A stretch of DNA of 64,000 nucleotides, taken from the NCBI GenBank assembly GCA_964187785.1, contig OZ076409.1, positions 36,458,001 through 36,522,000 on the forward strand, in the 5' to 3' direction. This document shows, piece by piece, positions 38,201-49,000 of this stretch. The stretch is from Amphiscolops sp. MND2022 (lineage: Eukaryota). The position numbers and the translations under genes are program-made. The stretch's first letter is position 1, and every line of letters starts with the position of its first letter. Under the pieces are notes generated by a model. It was not told the DNA's origin, did no database searches, and was given only the letters and a program-made list of their open reading frames with translations.

Positions 38201-39665
38201 AGGTTTTTCAACATCCATTCTGTCGCAAAACATGAAAAAATTGAAGAAAAAAATTTTTTTATTTTCGGGAGAAAATCTCACAATGCCGAAAAAAACTGAA
38301 AGGAGGAACCCTTTGGGATTTTCCAACATCCATTCTGTCGCAAAACATCAAAAAAAATGCAGGGGGGACCCTTTGCGGAAAAAAAATTTCGAAAAAAAAA
38401 ATCCGAAAAAAATGTCTCGCAGTGCCGAAAAAAAATGAAAGGGGGGACTCTTTGGTCTCGCCCGGTATGATATGTTACGCGGAAAAACAGGTAAATTCAT
38501 TTTGGTCCAGTTCGCTAGGCCAAATGGTGCTATTTGACACCATAATATTTTGTAGAACTTTTAAGAACTATTTTGGTCAGTTCGTGTGGATTGAAAAAAA
38601 AAAAAAGTCACTATAATAGTCGCGTTTCACTTCATGAAGCGCCGACTAAAAATGACGAGGAGTTTTATTCCTCTGATTGAGAAGAGAAAGTTGCAGAAGG
38701 TTTGAAACCCGATCTTTTCAAAACGAAGTTGATGCATGGTGTTAAATATTGTTTAATCTAGCCCTGAAACTTTGATTTGATAACAGAGAAAAACTTTGTT
38801 TCGTCAGAAAAAAATAGGAAAAAATAATTGAGAATTGGAAATATATTGAAAAATGATTGGTTTTAGTTTGATTATAGTAAAAACTCACGAGACTGTAAAA
38901 AGATGCACGGGGGAGTGTGTCATAATTGACTCCTATCGCCCCATTTCTGTCTAGCTTCGAGTGCTGTTCCAATCAAAACCAATACTTATTCATGCTTCAG
39001 GTAACTGTGAGCACGTGTGGATGGTGACGTCAGTGCGCTTGCACCACCCACATGACCCCCAGTCAATGGCAGACTACCCCCGCATGACGGGTATCTCCTA
39101 CTTCCATAAAAGGAAGTGCCATGCCTGCACCAAGTATGCCGCCTCTTGGATGCTCGTCGAGGACGAATATATGCCACGAAGGGATTATCACAAACTAATA
39201 CTCGAACTTTCAAGTGAACTTACAAAGCGATCTTTTTCAAGTGAACCGGAAAATTTTCTCATGAAAAACGTTGAGTTGCTTATGTTTTTCTCAATTTTTA
39301 TAGCATTGGTTTTCGAAGTCATCCAAAGTCTTCATTTTTCGCGCAATTTTCCTTTTTCAAAAAACTTATTTTAAATATTGTTTTTGGAAATTTTCTTCTC
39401 GAATTCGCGGATTCATTGAAAATCGGAAACTTTGCCTCCTATAATGAGTCTGTTTTCTTAGATACAATTCAACTTCAGTTTTCGTAGCGAATTTTTCATT
39501 TCAATGAAATGGACGTTGTTTGATACTCCCTTCCTTATCATCTACAGTCCTGCGTTCTTATGCGAAAGATGTTTTCGAGAGTTTCATTACGATTCCAAAG
39601 GAAAGAAAATAGGAAATTTCAAGGCGTTGCACTTTGTAGATCCCAGCCATACAAATTTAACATGA
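32217..39665 (+). CDS. SNAPC3: snRNA-activating protein complex subunit 3 (SNAP50/PTF-beta); exons 32217-32471, 32948-33159, 33600-33814, 34330-34451, 39001-39181, 39548-39665; first exon not secured
   Basis: Spliced translation carries SNAPC3 motifs in order: VLSGQKLSEFRD, GEFS, SGCFFIEGIFYDDLR, WASERDRG, FEDLKVQLGKPYLLMHQGNCEH, YP...RKCHAC...ASW, PAFLCERCFREFHYDSKGKKIGNF...VDP. These match my recollection of human VLGSQKL, FFYFEGTFYND, LGFPYLYCHQGDCEH and PCFFCDVCFRMLHYDSEG. All exon phases chain; stop TGA at 39663-39665. Confidence 0.95.
32605..32741. mobile_element. 137-bp foldback/MULE-like MITE in a SNAPC3 intron
   Basis: GGT...ACC termini, 9-bp TSD GTTTTAAAA, arms built of ggacattacgcccaa units in inverted orientation. 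Confidence 0.75.
34620..36830 (-). mobile_element. Cluster of nested Helitron2-type elements (complete inner copies 35440-36139 and 36344-36797)
   Basis: At least four aacaag-type ends (~34620, 34918, 35440, 36344) and matching (g)cgccgactaaaa ends (36139, ~36195, 36797); the outer copy resumes after each insertion. Confidence 0.85.
36890..38690 (-). pseudogene. Decayed RTE-clade LINE reverse transcriptase, split by a Helitron2-type insertion
   Basis: RGIKLL (~38675-38655) | LKLCKRKIESRLR...QFGFRRGRGTTDAIFNLR...VDLEKTYDTVTR...CLRRRKVP, and later ENFKYVG. Many frameshifts. Confidence 0.85.
37962..38649 (-). mobile_element. Helitron2-type element, young subfamily, inserted in the RTE LINE
   Basis: Both termini intact; sits in an A-run with no TSD; RT reading continues across it. 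Confidence 0.9.
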
Positions 39666-40032
39666 ATATGAGCGACCTTGAATCAACCAATTATCAATTG
39701 GCCATAACTGGGAGAAAGTGCACGCAATATGCATGCATTCTCGTGCATCCATGTGCCATGGTGCCTATTAGGAATTCAATCCAATCAAGAAGGAAGCAGA
39801 AAGGAGCACGTGACGTCATTTATTGGGTCATTCAAGGATATACCCTAATTGCTGGAGTTTGATGATTGGTTCTTGGAAAAAGGAAAATTCTTGTGCAACT
39901 GTCGTTGAAAACTGCTGATGAAAATTTGATGTTACATTATCATTTTCCTCGCGAAAATGCTTCTATTATAATGTTTCGCTCTGATTTTTTTTCGAATTTC
40001 ATTTTTTTTGCTGTGATCTTTTGTCCTCAGCT

Positions 40033-40244
40033 GATCGTCCCAAAGTCAGGTGTGGAAAAATTTGTTTTATTTTATACTTAGCCTTAAATGGACGAGCAAA
40101 GTTCAAGTTTAAAGTTCGGAAATTTGCTCGTCCATTTAGGGCTAAGCATAAAATAAAACAAAATTTTCCACTACTGACTTCACGACGATCGTTTGTCGGA
40201 CTTGAATAGTTTAGAATTCTAAACTATTCAAGTCCGACAAACGA
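40033..40244. repeat. Two abutting palindromes (40033-40190 imperfect; 40189-40244 perfect, 56 bp)
   Basis: tcgtttgtcggacttgaatagtttagaa|ttctaaactattcaagtccgacaaacga is an exact palindrome; the preceding ~70-bp arms pair with a few mismatches. Confidence 0.95.
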
Positions 40245-41891
40245 ATTATAGCGCGTTCGAAAAAAGATAATCAGGGCTTTCAAATTGATTTTGAACTGCT
40301 GGGCTAAGGGCTTGCTGGTTTCATCGCACAGTCTCCGGAAAGTGGCTACAAACGGAAACTAGAAAACTTGAAAATCTGCACTCCGTTTTCTTCACAATTT
40401 TTTTGGTCCCGTTTTCTTGATTTCAGAGATATCAAGTCAATAATTCGTCAAAATGCGTGCAATACTATGTCATATTTTCGAAAAGTCTTATTCAAGAGTT
40501 TTCTTTTCATACGTTCAGCTAGTGCCTTCAGAAGTTTGCAGAAACTTATTGCTACGAATGCGTCCCAATCGTCCATTTAATCAATTCAATCGTCAATTTA
40601 GGGTTAATTTCAGCTAACCTGTGCGCGTTGAGATCGCTTGATTATCATTGATCAAAAGGCACCTCTGTTGAACCTCTATAATGTGTGTCTTCTTACATTT
40701 TTTGTGGCTCATTTGATTTGGGCTATAACAAGGTTCCTGTACTCTTCCGAGTAATTAAATCTTTTCTGTTTTTTTTTTAAAATAATATCAGCATGGAATT
40801 TTACACTCATGATTGAAAACAAGATTATTTCAACTTTTAACATCTCTGACTTTTCAAGTGACAGGATTCATTCCATCAGGCTATGCGTTTTTTTCCGGGC
40901 ACAATTTTTACATTTAATGAGAATTTTTGTCGCAGTTGGTGATTTGATCGAACTCGCGGGTGATTGAACTTGACCTAAAATGGTGATGTAAAGTTTTTGA
41001 CATTTTTGCGGGAAGGTTATTGATTAACAAAATTGATTTAATCAAGAGCCCTCTACTTAAATTGGTTCTTGAATGAATCAAATATCACGCTAACTGATAA
41101 ACCCTTGATGCCAAGTTTCCTCAAATTGCAAAGATGTTGAAAATGTTGTGCTTATCTCGAATACGTTCCTTAGTTGTCAAAATTCAGTTCTCTATAAATT
41201 AGGCTAGATGGAAATGAGAATGTTCATTAAAAGGTCGTTCTCTTTTCCGCATTTAGTTCCCCTTTGGACTGGATTCTTTGAACTTTTTTTCCAAGTTTTT
41301 CGCCTTTGTGAAATCTACAACCCCCCGCTGATAATTGAGAGAACACCGATGCTTCGAGTAAGTGAAGTATGCCAAATTGCAACCAGAAGAAATATAGAAT
41401 GGACGGATGTCATGTTTTTCTAGATGCTACCATAAATGTCCTTTTTAGGTAGGTCATCTACCTTCTATTTTAGATCCCGCTGGTTTCTAGCGTCTCTGGT
41501 TTCCAGTTACTACAGTTACGGATTCAATTTCCTGGACTCAGTATGCTGCATTGCTTTTGATGGGATGACCGAATATGAGTTAATTCAGTCGCTTTTATTT
41601 ATTTTATTGAAGAATTTATTCATCTAATTTGTATGTAAATGAACATGAAAATGCTAAATGAATGAAATTAAGAGTACTAATTGACTTGTTACAACGAGCC
41701 GTAATACAAACCTTCAGTTTTTTTCAACTTTGCAAAACTGAAAGAAAATTCTCAAGTAAGCACAATCAATTGAATTTTTTATTGAAATATGGTTGACAAT
41801 TCTCTTTCGAAATATGCAAAATATTCTCTTGCGAAATATGGTTAACAAATAGTATATAAACGTTTGGAGTGTGCCTATAGACTTGATTACA

Positions 41892-42060
41892 CAGTCAAAC
41901 TCGGCTAACAGAAACTCAGAGGGCGGTAACAAAAGAGTTTCTCTCATCCATAGTTTCTGTTATCAGTTGTCCTATTACCGTAGAAAGTTTGTCGTGTATA
42001 AAAGCGGAGGAGTCAAAACGTTTCTTATATCCAAATGTTTCTTTTATCCGAGTTCGACTG
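41892..42060. mobile_element. pogo/Tigger-like (Tc1/mariner superfamily) MITE
   Basis: TIRs cagtcaaactcggctaacagaaac / gtttcttttatccgagttcgactg; TA on the right flank, CA on the left. Confidence 0.7.
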
Positions 42061-42368
42061 TATAATGGTTTTGGTTTCAACATTGCCAATTTTTGAGACC
42101 TTACAGTATGTTGCTATACTAATCTATTGGAATCAGAGGCTATTTGTGAGGAGACGTTGTTCGACCTCTCGATGGGTGATGTGCAGGGCTGTACAAAATG
42201 CTGTATACAGCACAATTTGCGGTAAAACAAATACAGCTTTCAAAACGCTGTATACCGCGCGGTATACAGCAATTATAAAAACATTGTTAAAAACTAAATC
42301 ACTTTGAAAAATTTTAACTTTCATCATCAATTTCTACCAAATCATCAATATAAACACTACTCCAATTT

Positions 42369-43752
42369 TCAATTTCTTTTTCGAGTGCAATGGGGTTTTT
42401 TGTCCTTTTGCGACACTTTCAGAATAACTTCAAAGTTGTACCGTATGAAAAGTGTCTCGTCTAATTTTTCAACGCCCAAACCTGCCCGTAATCGGCTGTG
42501 AACTAGCTTATGACGTGAAAAAGCTCGTTCAACGCTAGCTTCAGAAACCGGAAATTTCTTGATTAAATTTGCAAGCGCTTGATGGACGGGATAGTTTTTT
42601 GGCATTAAAGGCTGACCCAGAATTACACAATCTGCAATTGCTGTTTCTTCCGCTTTGAAGTCTTCATATCTGGCTGGTGGAAGGATGTTTTGAGCCCAGT
42701 TTGAACAATTTTCGATTGAAAGTTCTTTCAAAAAATCTTGCGTTGTTTCCTGGACGCCCAAAAATGGTTGAAAATATAATCAAAGTCTTCCCAGCGAAGA
42801 CTTGACGAACATTTTCCAACGTTTGTCGCAATATTTTAGTATGATTTCTTTCTCGGAAGAACTAAGCATAGTCTTTGTGGACCAATCATGGTGAATTGAA
42901 CTGAAAGCATCAAGGACATTGGCTGCATTTGATGAATCGGACTGCAAAATCATAAGCTGCTTCGAGACCTCCTCTAAAATCATAACACTTTGGGTAAAAG
43001 CGGCTTGTTGATCTGTTCTGTTCGACATGTTTTAATTGCTTCAAATCGAGAGTTCCATCATGAAAGGTTGATGAGGTGCACCGTGCATCCAATATTCACA
43101 CAGCGAGGTTTTTCTTGTGATATTTGACGAAGCGCTAGTTGGACGTTCCTAGCATTATCAGCAACGCATGAGACAACCTTTCCACCACATTGTTCTACAT
43201 TATCAACAACGGCAATTGTATAATCTTTAATACTGCTTGCTGTTTCATCCCTGACAACAATACTGCTCCAATAATACAACGTTTCATCGACTTTAACAAT
43301 GAAGCAAATTGGTGGTTTTTGGTGATTGAATTTGTCCATGCGTCTAACATAATTGAAACGAATTTATTTGCAAACTCTGATTTTATTTTAACTCTCCAAT
43401 CTTCAGCTAACTCGGTAACTCTTTGGGAAATTGTTCTTCTGTCAAAACCACTAAAATTGAATCCCCATTGAAAAATAGGGTCCTCGACAATATCAAACGG
43501 CAATACGTGTTTTGATGAACAAATTGTAATAACAACTCTGTCTAACTTTGGGAGAGCGGGTAAAAAGTCTAAAATTTTTCGTAGTTTTGACTGTTTACTG
43601 TCTGTTTCGAACAATTCAGGGTGTTGTTTAAGCATATGTGTTCGTAATGATGTTCCATGGGTATGCAAGTCTTTAAATTTGATCCGAACTGAGCAAGTGT
43701 GACATTTTTTGAAGTCATTTTCAGTTGTAAAGTATTTTAAATAAGCAGACAT
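42369..43752 (-). pseudogene. hAT transposase pseudogene (BED zinc finger, DDE catalytic core, hATC dimerisation domain)
   Basis: MSAYLKYF...CHTC...HGTSLRTHMLKQHPE (BED); SIMLDAWTN; VADNARNV; CTVHLINL (CxxH); PVSEASVERAFSRHKLVHSRLRAGL. Split over at least four ORF pieces and shorter than a full transposase. Confidence 0.92.
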
Positions 43753-43824
43753 AAAAACGAATTGCCTGTAAAAGACACAAAATGCAAGAAACTTTTCAAT
43801 GTTAAATAGTAAAATGCAAATGTA

Positions 43825-44349
43825 AACAAGACGGGAACGTCCCAAGTCGGCGCCATATCTTAGGCTCAAAAATATTCAAGGAACAACTATTGGAAAAAAT
43901 TTGGAAAAAATTATTTTTTTTCCAAAAAAATTGTTTTTGATTTTTTTTCGAAAAAAAGTATTTTTTAAGTCGCAAAATGCCGAAAAACTCAAAAAAGGCC
44001 ATTCAGGCTCATTCAACGTTTTCTACAAACCGAAAATTTCAAAAAAAATGCAAGGGGGTACCCTTTGATAAATTTCAAAAATTTTCGAAAAAAGTCGCAT
44101 AGTGCCGAAAAACACCCAAAGGGGGGCCCTTTGGTCTCACCTGTACTTTTGGAAGCATTTAAAAATTTATGGTTTAGTGCGAGAATCGAACCCACGCACT
44201 CCGGCTGGGTCGAAGATGGAAGATGAACAAATATGAAAGATGAACAAATTGTAAGAAAAGTGGACCACTCAGTGAGATTGTCAACTGAAAAAAAAACTAC
44301 TCACTGTAAGAGTCGGGCTTTTTTCCTTAAGGGAAAAGGCGCCGACTAA
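43825..44349 (-). mobile_element. Helitron2-type element nested upstream of the hAT transposase ATG
   Basis: aacaagacgggaacgtcccaagtcggcgcc ... aaaaggcgccgactaa. The empty site reconstructs as tgtaa|acaataaaat; B-box module at 44171-44206. Confidence 0.9.
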
Positions 44350-45718
44350 CAATAAAATGAGAATGAGCTGTTTTACAGCAAGTTTTTGTTTACACAGCAA
44401 ACAGCAGCTTGCGGTTTACCGCGCTGTATACAGCAATGCTATTGACAGCCCTGGTGATGTGAAAACTGCAGTGCTCGAACCAATGGCTATAACGATATGT
44501 TCTTTCAATGGCGTACTCCTGAAATGTTGGACCCTTGGCAAAATCGTAAAATTTCTTCAGTAAGGTAAAAGTTTTTGATCTACATCAAAAGGAATTTCAA
44601 AAGCGAATTGGGGATGCATCTTTTGTTGGAAATAATCCTTCATGAAAAATGTGATCCTAGATGAAATTGCTTCTTTGGGAATATGCGTTTTTAGCAAAAG
44701 CAGTTACCTGCTAGTCATTCTGAGCTTTAACCATGGATCTGACGATAATCATAACTGCATTTACTTTTGGTTTGCATCTTTTCTGCCTGTGTCATATTTT
44801 ACTGTGCCTGTGTGAAGTACTATTTCGTTACTGCTAACTATTTAACGTGATTTTCATTGATTCAAAGAACATCGCTGTTCGTCTGGGAATAGAAAAAGGT
44901 TCCGCAGTATCGGCAAGTTGGCTGCAGTAAAACAAAATTTAGTCTGAATTGAAACAGTATTGACTCAGTGGAACCATCATATCCGCTTAAAAAGCGTTTC
45001 TAGTGTTTACAAAAGCTTCCTTTTTTCAGAGGCCTTTTTTATTCAGCTTTCACTTGTTATTTCAAAAGTGTTATTTCCTATTTACCCAAATTCCCGGTTT
45101 CTTTGATCACTGGGGTAATCGAATTTCCTTCATGAATATTTATAATGATAAGCGTACTTGAAGTGTTTCTGAAGAATGCTCTTAGTTCTTACCAGCTCTA
45201 CCGGTTCAATTATTCATAATGAGAGTGGAAATTGATATCCTTCATTGAAATTTCCCTGAATAGAGATTTTTCCAGGATTTTTCAAGTCTTTGCTGAGATT
45301 GTTCTTGGTAAATTAGATTTTCTAACTCTAAAATGCAATGTTTATCACTTGTTTAACGTTTACGCTCACAAGGGCAGAAGAAACTGGCACCATAAGTCAT
45401 TGAATGCATATTTAATTTATTGTGAATAGGTGCGATAGAACGTCTAAAGTTGTCGTCTCTTTTATGAGGCATGAGAGTGCCAAAAATATCCAAATAGAAG
45501 TCTTTCGTGCTCGAAAAGCGTTTTGCTCCAACTGAAAACATAAAATAGACGTCGCACCGAGCCGAAAAACCCAAAAGTGAAACCCTTTACGCTCTAAAAA
45601 CGTATTGCCGTTAATGAGAACATGAGAAAACCAAAAAGGGAACCCCTAGGTGAAACTTTCGAAAAGTTGCACAATGCAGAAAAACCCGAAGGTTACAAAC
45701 AATGAAAATTTTTTTTAA

Positions 45719-45791
45719 GTCCCGCGCGAGATTTGAATCCTTGACCTGCTTGCAAAGCAGATATGCTAACCACTAAGCCAAGTGGTGGGAC
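45719..45791 (-). pseudogene. tRNA-like 73-nt sequence (Ala-TGC-like anticodon arm), probably repeat-derived; duplicate at 48124-48196
   Basis: GTCCCAC...GCGGGAC acceptor-like stem, A box TGGCTTAGTGG, stem TCTGC/GCAGG with loop TTTGCAA, B box GGATTCAAATC. D-arm spacing and T-stem are imperfect. Confidence 0.5.
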
Positions 45792-46029
45792 TTTGCCGAA
45801 AAAAAAGGAGATGATCATTCAGTGTGAGCTTTTGTGGTCTGGAGTTGAAAAATAGCTGGGCACATTTTCTTACACTCGTTGAGATTATTTCTTAGGACTT
45901 GAGACTAGTTCTTAGGACAAGATCCGGCCATAAAGCGAGTTTCCACACATGGATCATCCGCCGCTCTGTTGCTGTGAGTCGAGAATTTTTTTGAATATTT
46001 CTATAACTTTCACTTCTTTTCGATTTCAG

Positions 46030-46095
46030 GCCACGTGGCCCAGTGTATATAGACGCCATTGTGAATCAGGGCTACATGGGTTCGAATCCTGTGAT
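46030..46095 (+). pseudogene. tRNA-derived A/B-box module; duplicate at 48435-48500
   Basis: ccacgTGGCCCAGTG A-box-like and GGGTTCGAATCC consensus B box; no complete cloverleaf. Confidence 0.5.
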
Positions 46096-49000
46096 AGACA
46101 CTTTTCAGAAATTTTTTCGCATGGGTAACTGAGACAAAATGGTCCCCTTTGAGATTTTCGCGGCAGTGTGTTTTTTAAAAGTGATTTTTCACCGAGCCCG
46201 AAATGTATCATTTCGTGTTTTTCGGCACTATTAGACTTTTTGTCGAAATCAAATTTCGGAAAACTTGTGAAATTTTTTCTCAAATTTGGTTTTTTCGATT
46301 GATACGCAGAAGCGTTTTTCAAGTTTTCTTCTGCACTGAATATCCTAAGTATTGACGGATAGTTTATTTTTCAAAATGGTCTTGCCAAGAAAAAGACGGC
46401 GAAAATTGACATTTCGGAAGCTTGTATGCATATTTGCCTAACTCAGTTTTCACATCTGTAGAGGCATTTTTAATTGAGTGTATCCCGTTACTTCTCTTTT
46501 AATACTTAGGGATTTTAGAATTTTCCGATTTTTTTCTAAATCCGTCTTGTAACAGTCTACGAAAAAATATTACAGCGGCACCGCGGCTCTTGTTTGATAC
46601 ATTATTCGGGATACAATATTTCCTTGATGTGTTTTGTTTTGATATGCTCATTGTTACAATGAAGGAAGTATGATAAAGTTTAAATTTGAAGTCTTTTCAT
46701 CTCAGAGTGGATTAAAAAGGTTTTCGGACTTCGAATAGATAGTTTTTGTAGTACGTCTGGGGTTATTAGGATTTTTTGTTCCAGAACTGAGTCAAGTTGT
46801 ATCTTTTTAAGTCTTTGATGCTCGTACAAACCACTTGGGCAAAAGATTTTTCTTTTTTCAAAGTTTTCTTAGTTTAAATGCCAATTTTTGGGCTAAGAAA
46901 AATTCAGCTATTTCATCTGTTACCATAGAAGATACGATGATGATCTTGTGGCGGTAGAAAGCTCCTAAAGGGTCCGAAATATTCTAACAAGTATTTCTAA
47001 CTCACCTTTGCTCACTGAAGCTTGTGTTTTTATTATTTCTGCGGTAGCATGAATATCATTGAAACCTCTTAGTAGTTAGTTATATTTGCTTTAGTCCGAG
47101 ATTTAAATGCGGTATAAACTGGTACAGTGATTAATTGTGTGCTAAATAATAATTAAACAGGAGTGTATTGGTATTCCAGATATGATTCTATTATTAATGA
47201 AAGATTAAAGCAGAAATAATAGTGTGCCCCGGAGGGGCCTATTTTGTTAATTTGATTTTCTAGTCCTTAGATTTTATAACCTATGTAGTATAACCAGTGT
47301 GTGACCTCTGTGTAGAGAGAACGTCAAAAGTAGTCATGCTTCTATGTGCAATCCTGTTACTTTTATAGTTTTTTTTCATTTCGACAGCTTGACAAACCTA
47401 ATTTGAAGTATCGGGCTGCTTATCGTTTACAGAGACGTAGGCGTCAATTAATAAGGATTCTCTAAGGTGTTTCATTTTTGGCATCCTAAGGTCACAAGGA
47501 TTGTGTAATATGTCTTATTCATCAAGGACCGATTTTAACAACGTTGTTTAACAAGGACTGTCTAATTTTTGTCAGCTAGTTCAACTGATACCTTCCTTAT
47601 ATGGTTGAAGCAATTCCATAGAAATCTCATTTTTCACATTTACCTGAGCAATCGCTCAGTTGGAAGTGTGTAATTTACTGCAACCTTCTCTCGACGAGCT
47701 ATCAATTGATTCAATTTCCCGATCCAATTATCTTCATATGATTCTTTCTTCATGTCTAATATGCTTTTCATCAGCCCCGTAATTCAAGCTTCCTCTTGAA
47801 GTCCAAGAAATTTATTGTGATTTATTGTGATTAGGTGCGATAGAACGTCTAAAGTTGTCGTCTCTTTTATGAGGCATGAGAGTGCCAAAAATATCCAAAT
47901 AGAAGTCTTTCGTGCTCGAAAAGCGTTTTGCTCCAACTGAAAACATAAAATAGACGTCGCACCGAGCCGAAAAACCCAAAAGTGAAACCCTTTACGCTCT
48001 AAAAACGTATTGCCGTTAATGAGAACATGAGAAAACCAAAAAGGGAACCCCTAGGTGAAACTTTCGAAAAGTTGCACAATGCAGAAAAACCCGAAGGTTA
48101 CAAACAATGAAAATTTTTTTTAAGTCCCGCGCGAGATTTGAATCCTTGACCTGCTTGCAAAGCAGATATGCTAACCACTAAGCCAAGTGGTGGGACTTTG
48201 CCGAAAAAAAAGGAGATGATCATTCAGTGTGAGCTTTTGTGGTCTGGAGTTGAAAAATAGCTGGGCACATTTTCTTACACTCGTTGAGATTATTTCTTAG
48301 GACTTGAGACTAGTTCTTAGGACAAGATCCGGCCATAAAGCGAGTTTCCACACATGGATCATCCGCCGCTCTGTTGCTGTGAGTCGAGAATTTTTTTGAA
48401 TATTTCTATAACTTTCACTTCTTTTCGATTTCAGGCCACGTGGCCCAGTGTATATAGACGCCATTGTGAATCAGGGCTACATGGGTTCGAATCCTGTGAT
48501 AGACACTTTTCAGAAATTTTTTCGCATGGGTAACTGAGACAAAATGGTCCCCTTTGAGTTTTTCGCGGCAGTGTGTTTTTTAAAAGTGATTTTTCACCGA
48601 GCCCGAAATGTATCATTTCGTGTTTTTCGGCACTATTAGACTTTTTGTCGAAATCAAATTTCGGAAAACTTGTGAAATTTTTTCTCAAATTTGGTTTTTT
48701 CGATTGATACGCAGAAGCGTTTTTCAAGTTTTCTTCTGCACTGAATATCCTAAGTATTGACGGATAGTTTATTTTTCAAAATGGTCTTGCCAAGAAAAAG
48801 ACGGCGAAAATTGACATTTCGGAAGCTTGTATGCATATTTGCCTAACTCAGTTTTCACATCTGTAGAGGCATTTTTAATTGAGTGTATCCCGTTACTTCT
48901 CTTTTAATACTTAGGGATTTTAGAATTTTCCGATTTTTTTCTAAATCCGTCTTGTAACAGTCTACGAAAAAATATTACAGCGGCACCGCGGCTCTTGTTT

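Larger units (their letters stand above)
42184..44453 (-). mobile_element. hAT DNA transposon with intact ends
   Basis: TIR CAGGGCTGT at both ends, exact 8-bp TSD GTGATGTG (42176-42183, 44454-44461), subterminal gctgtatacagc and gcggt motifs, transposase remnants inside. Confidence 0.95.

Noticed and set aside
39182..39374. Read-through C-terminus of ORF 38961..39374 as the true SNAPC3 end
   Set aside because: It lacks the conserved CxxC-F--HY motif, which is encoded intact in exon 39548-39665.
32217..39665. Functional link between SNAPC3 and the surrounding Pol III-like modules
   Set aside because: SNAPc acts at PSE-containing snRNA/type 3 promoters, not A/B-box promoters, and the modules are dispersed repeats; proximity is likely coincidental.
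43753..43869. N-terminal extension of ORF 43195..43869 (MSLRYGADLGRSRLV...) as part of the transposase
   Set aside because: It comes from the nested Helitron2 3' end and a probable intron; the BED-domain start is the ATG at 43752.
45719..46095. Functional tRNA genes
   Set aside because: A/B boxes are present but the cloverleafs are defective and the same module recurs inside repeats; treated as tRNA-derived.
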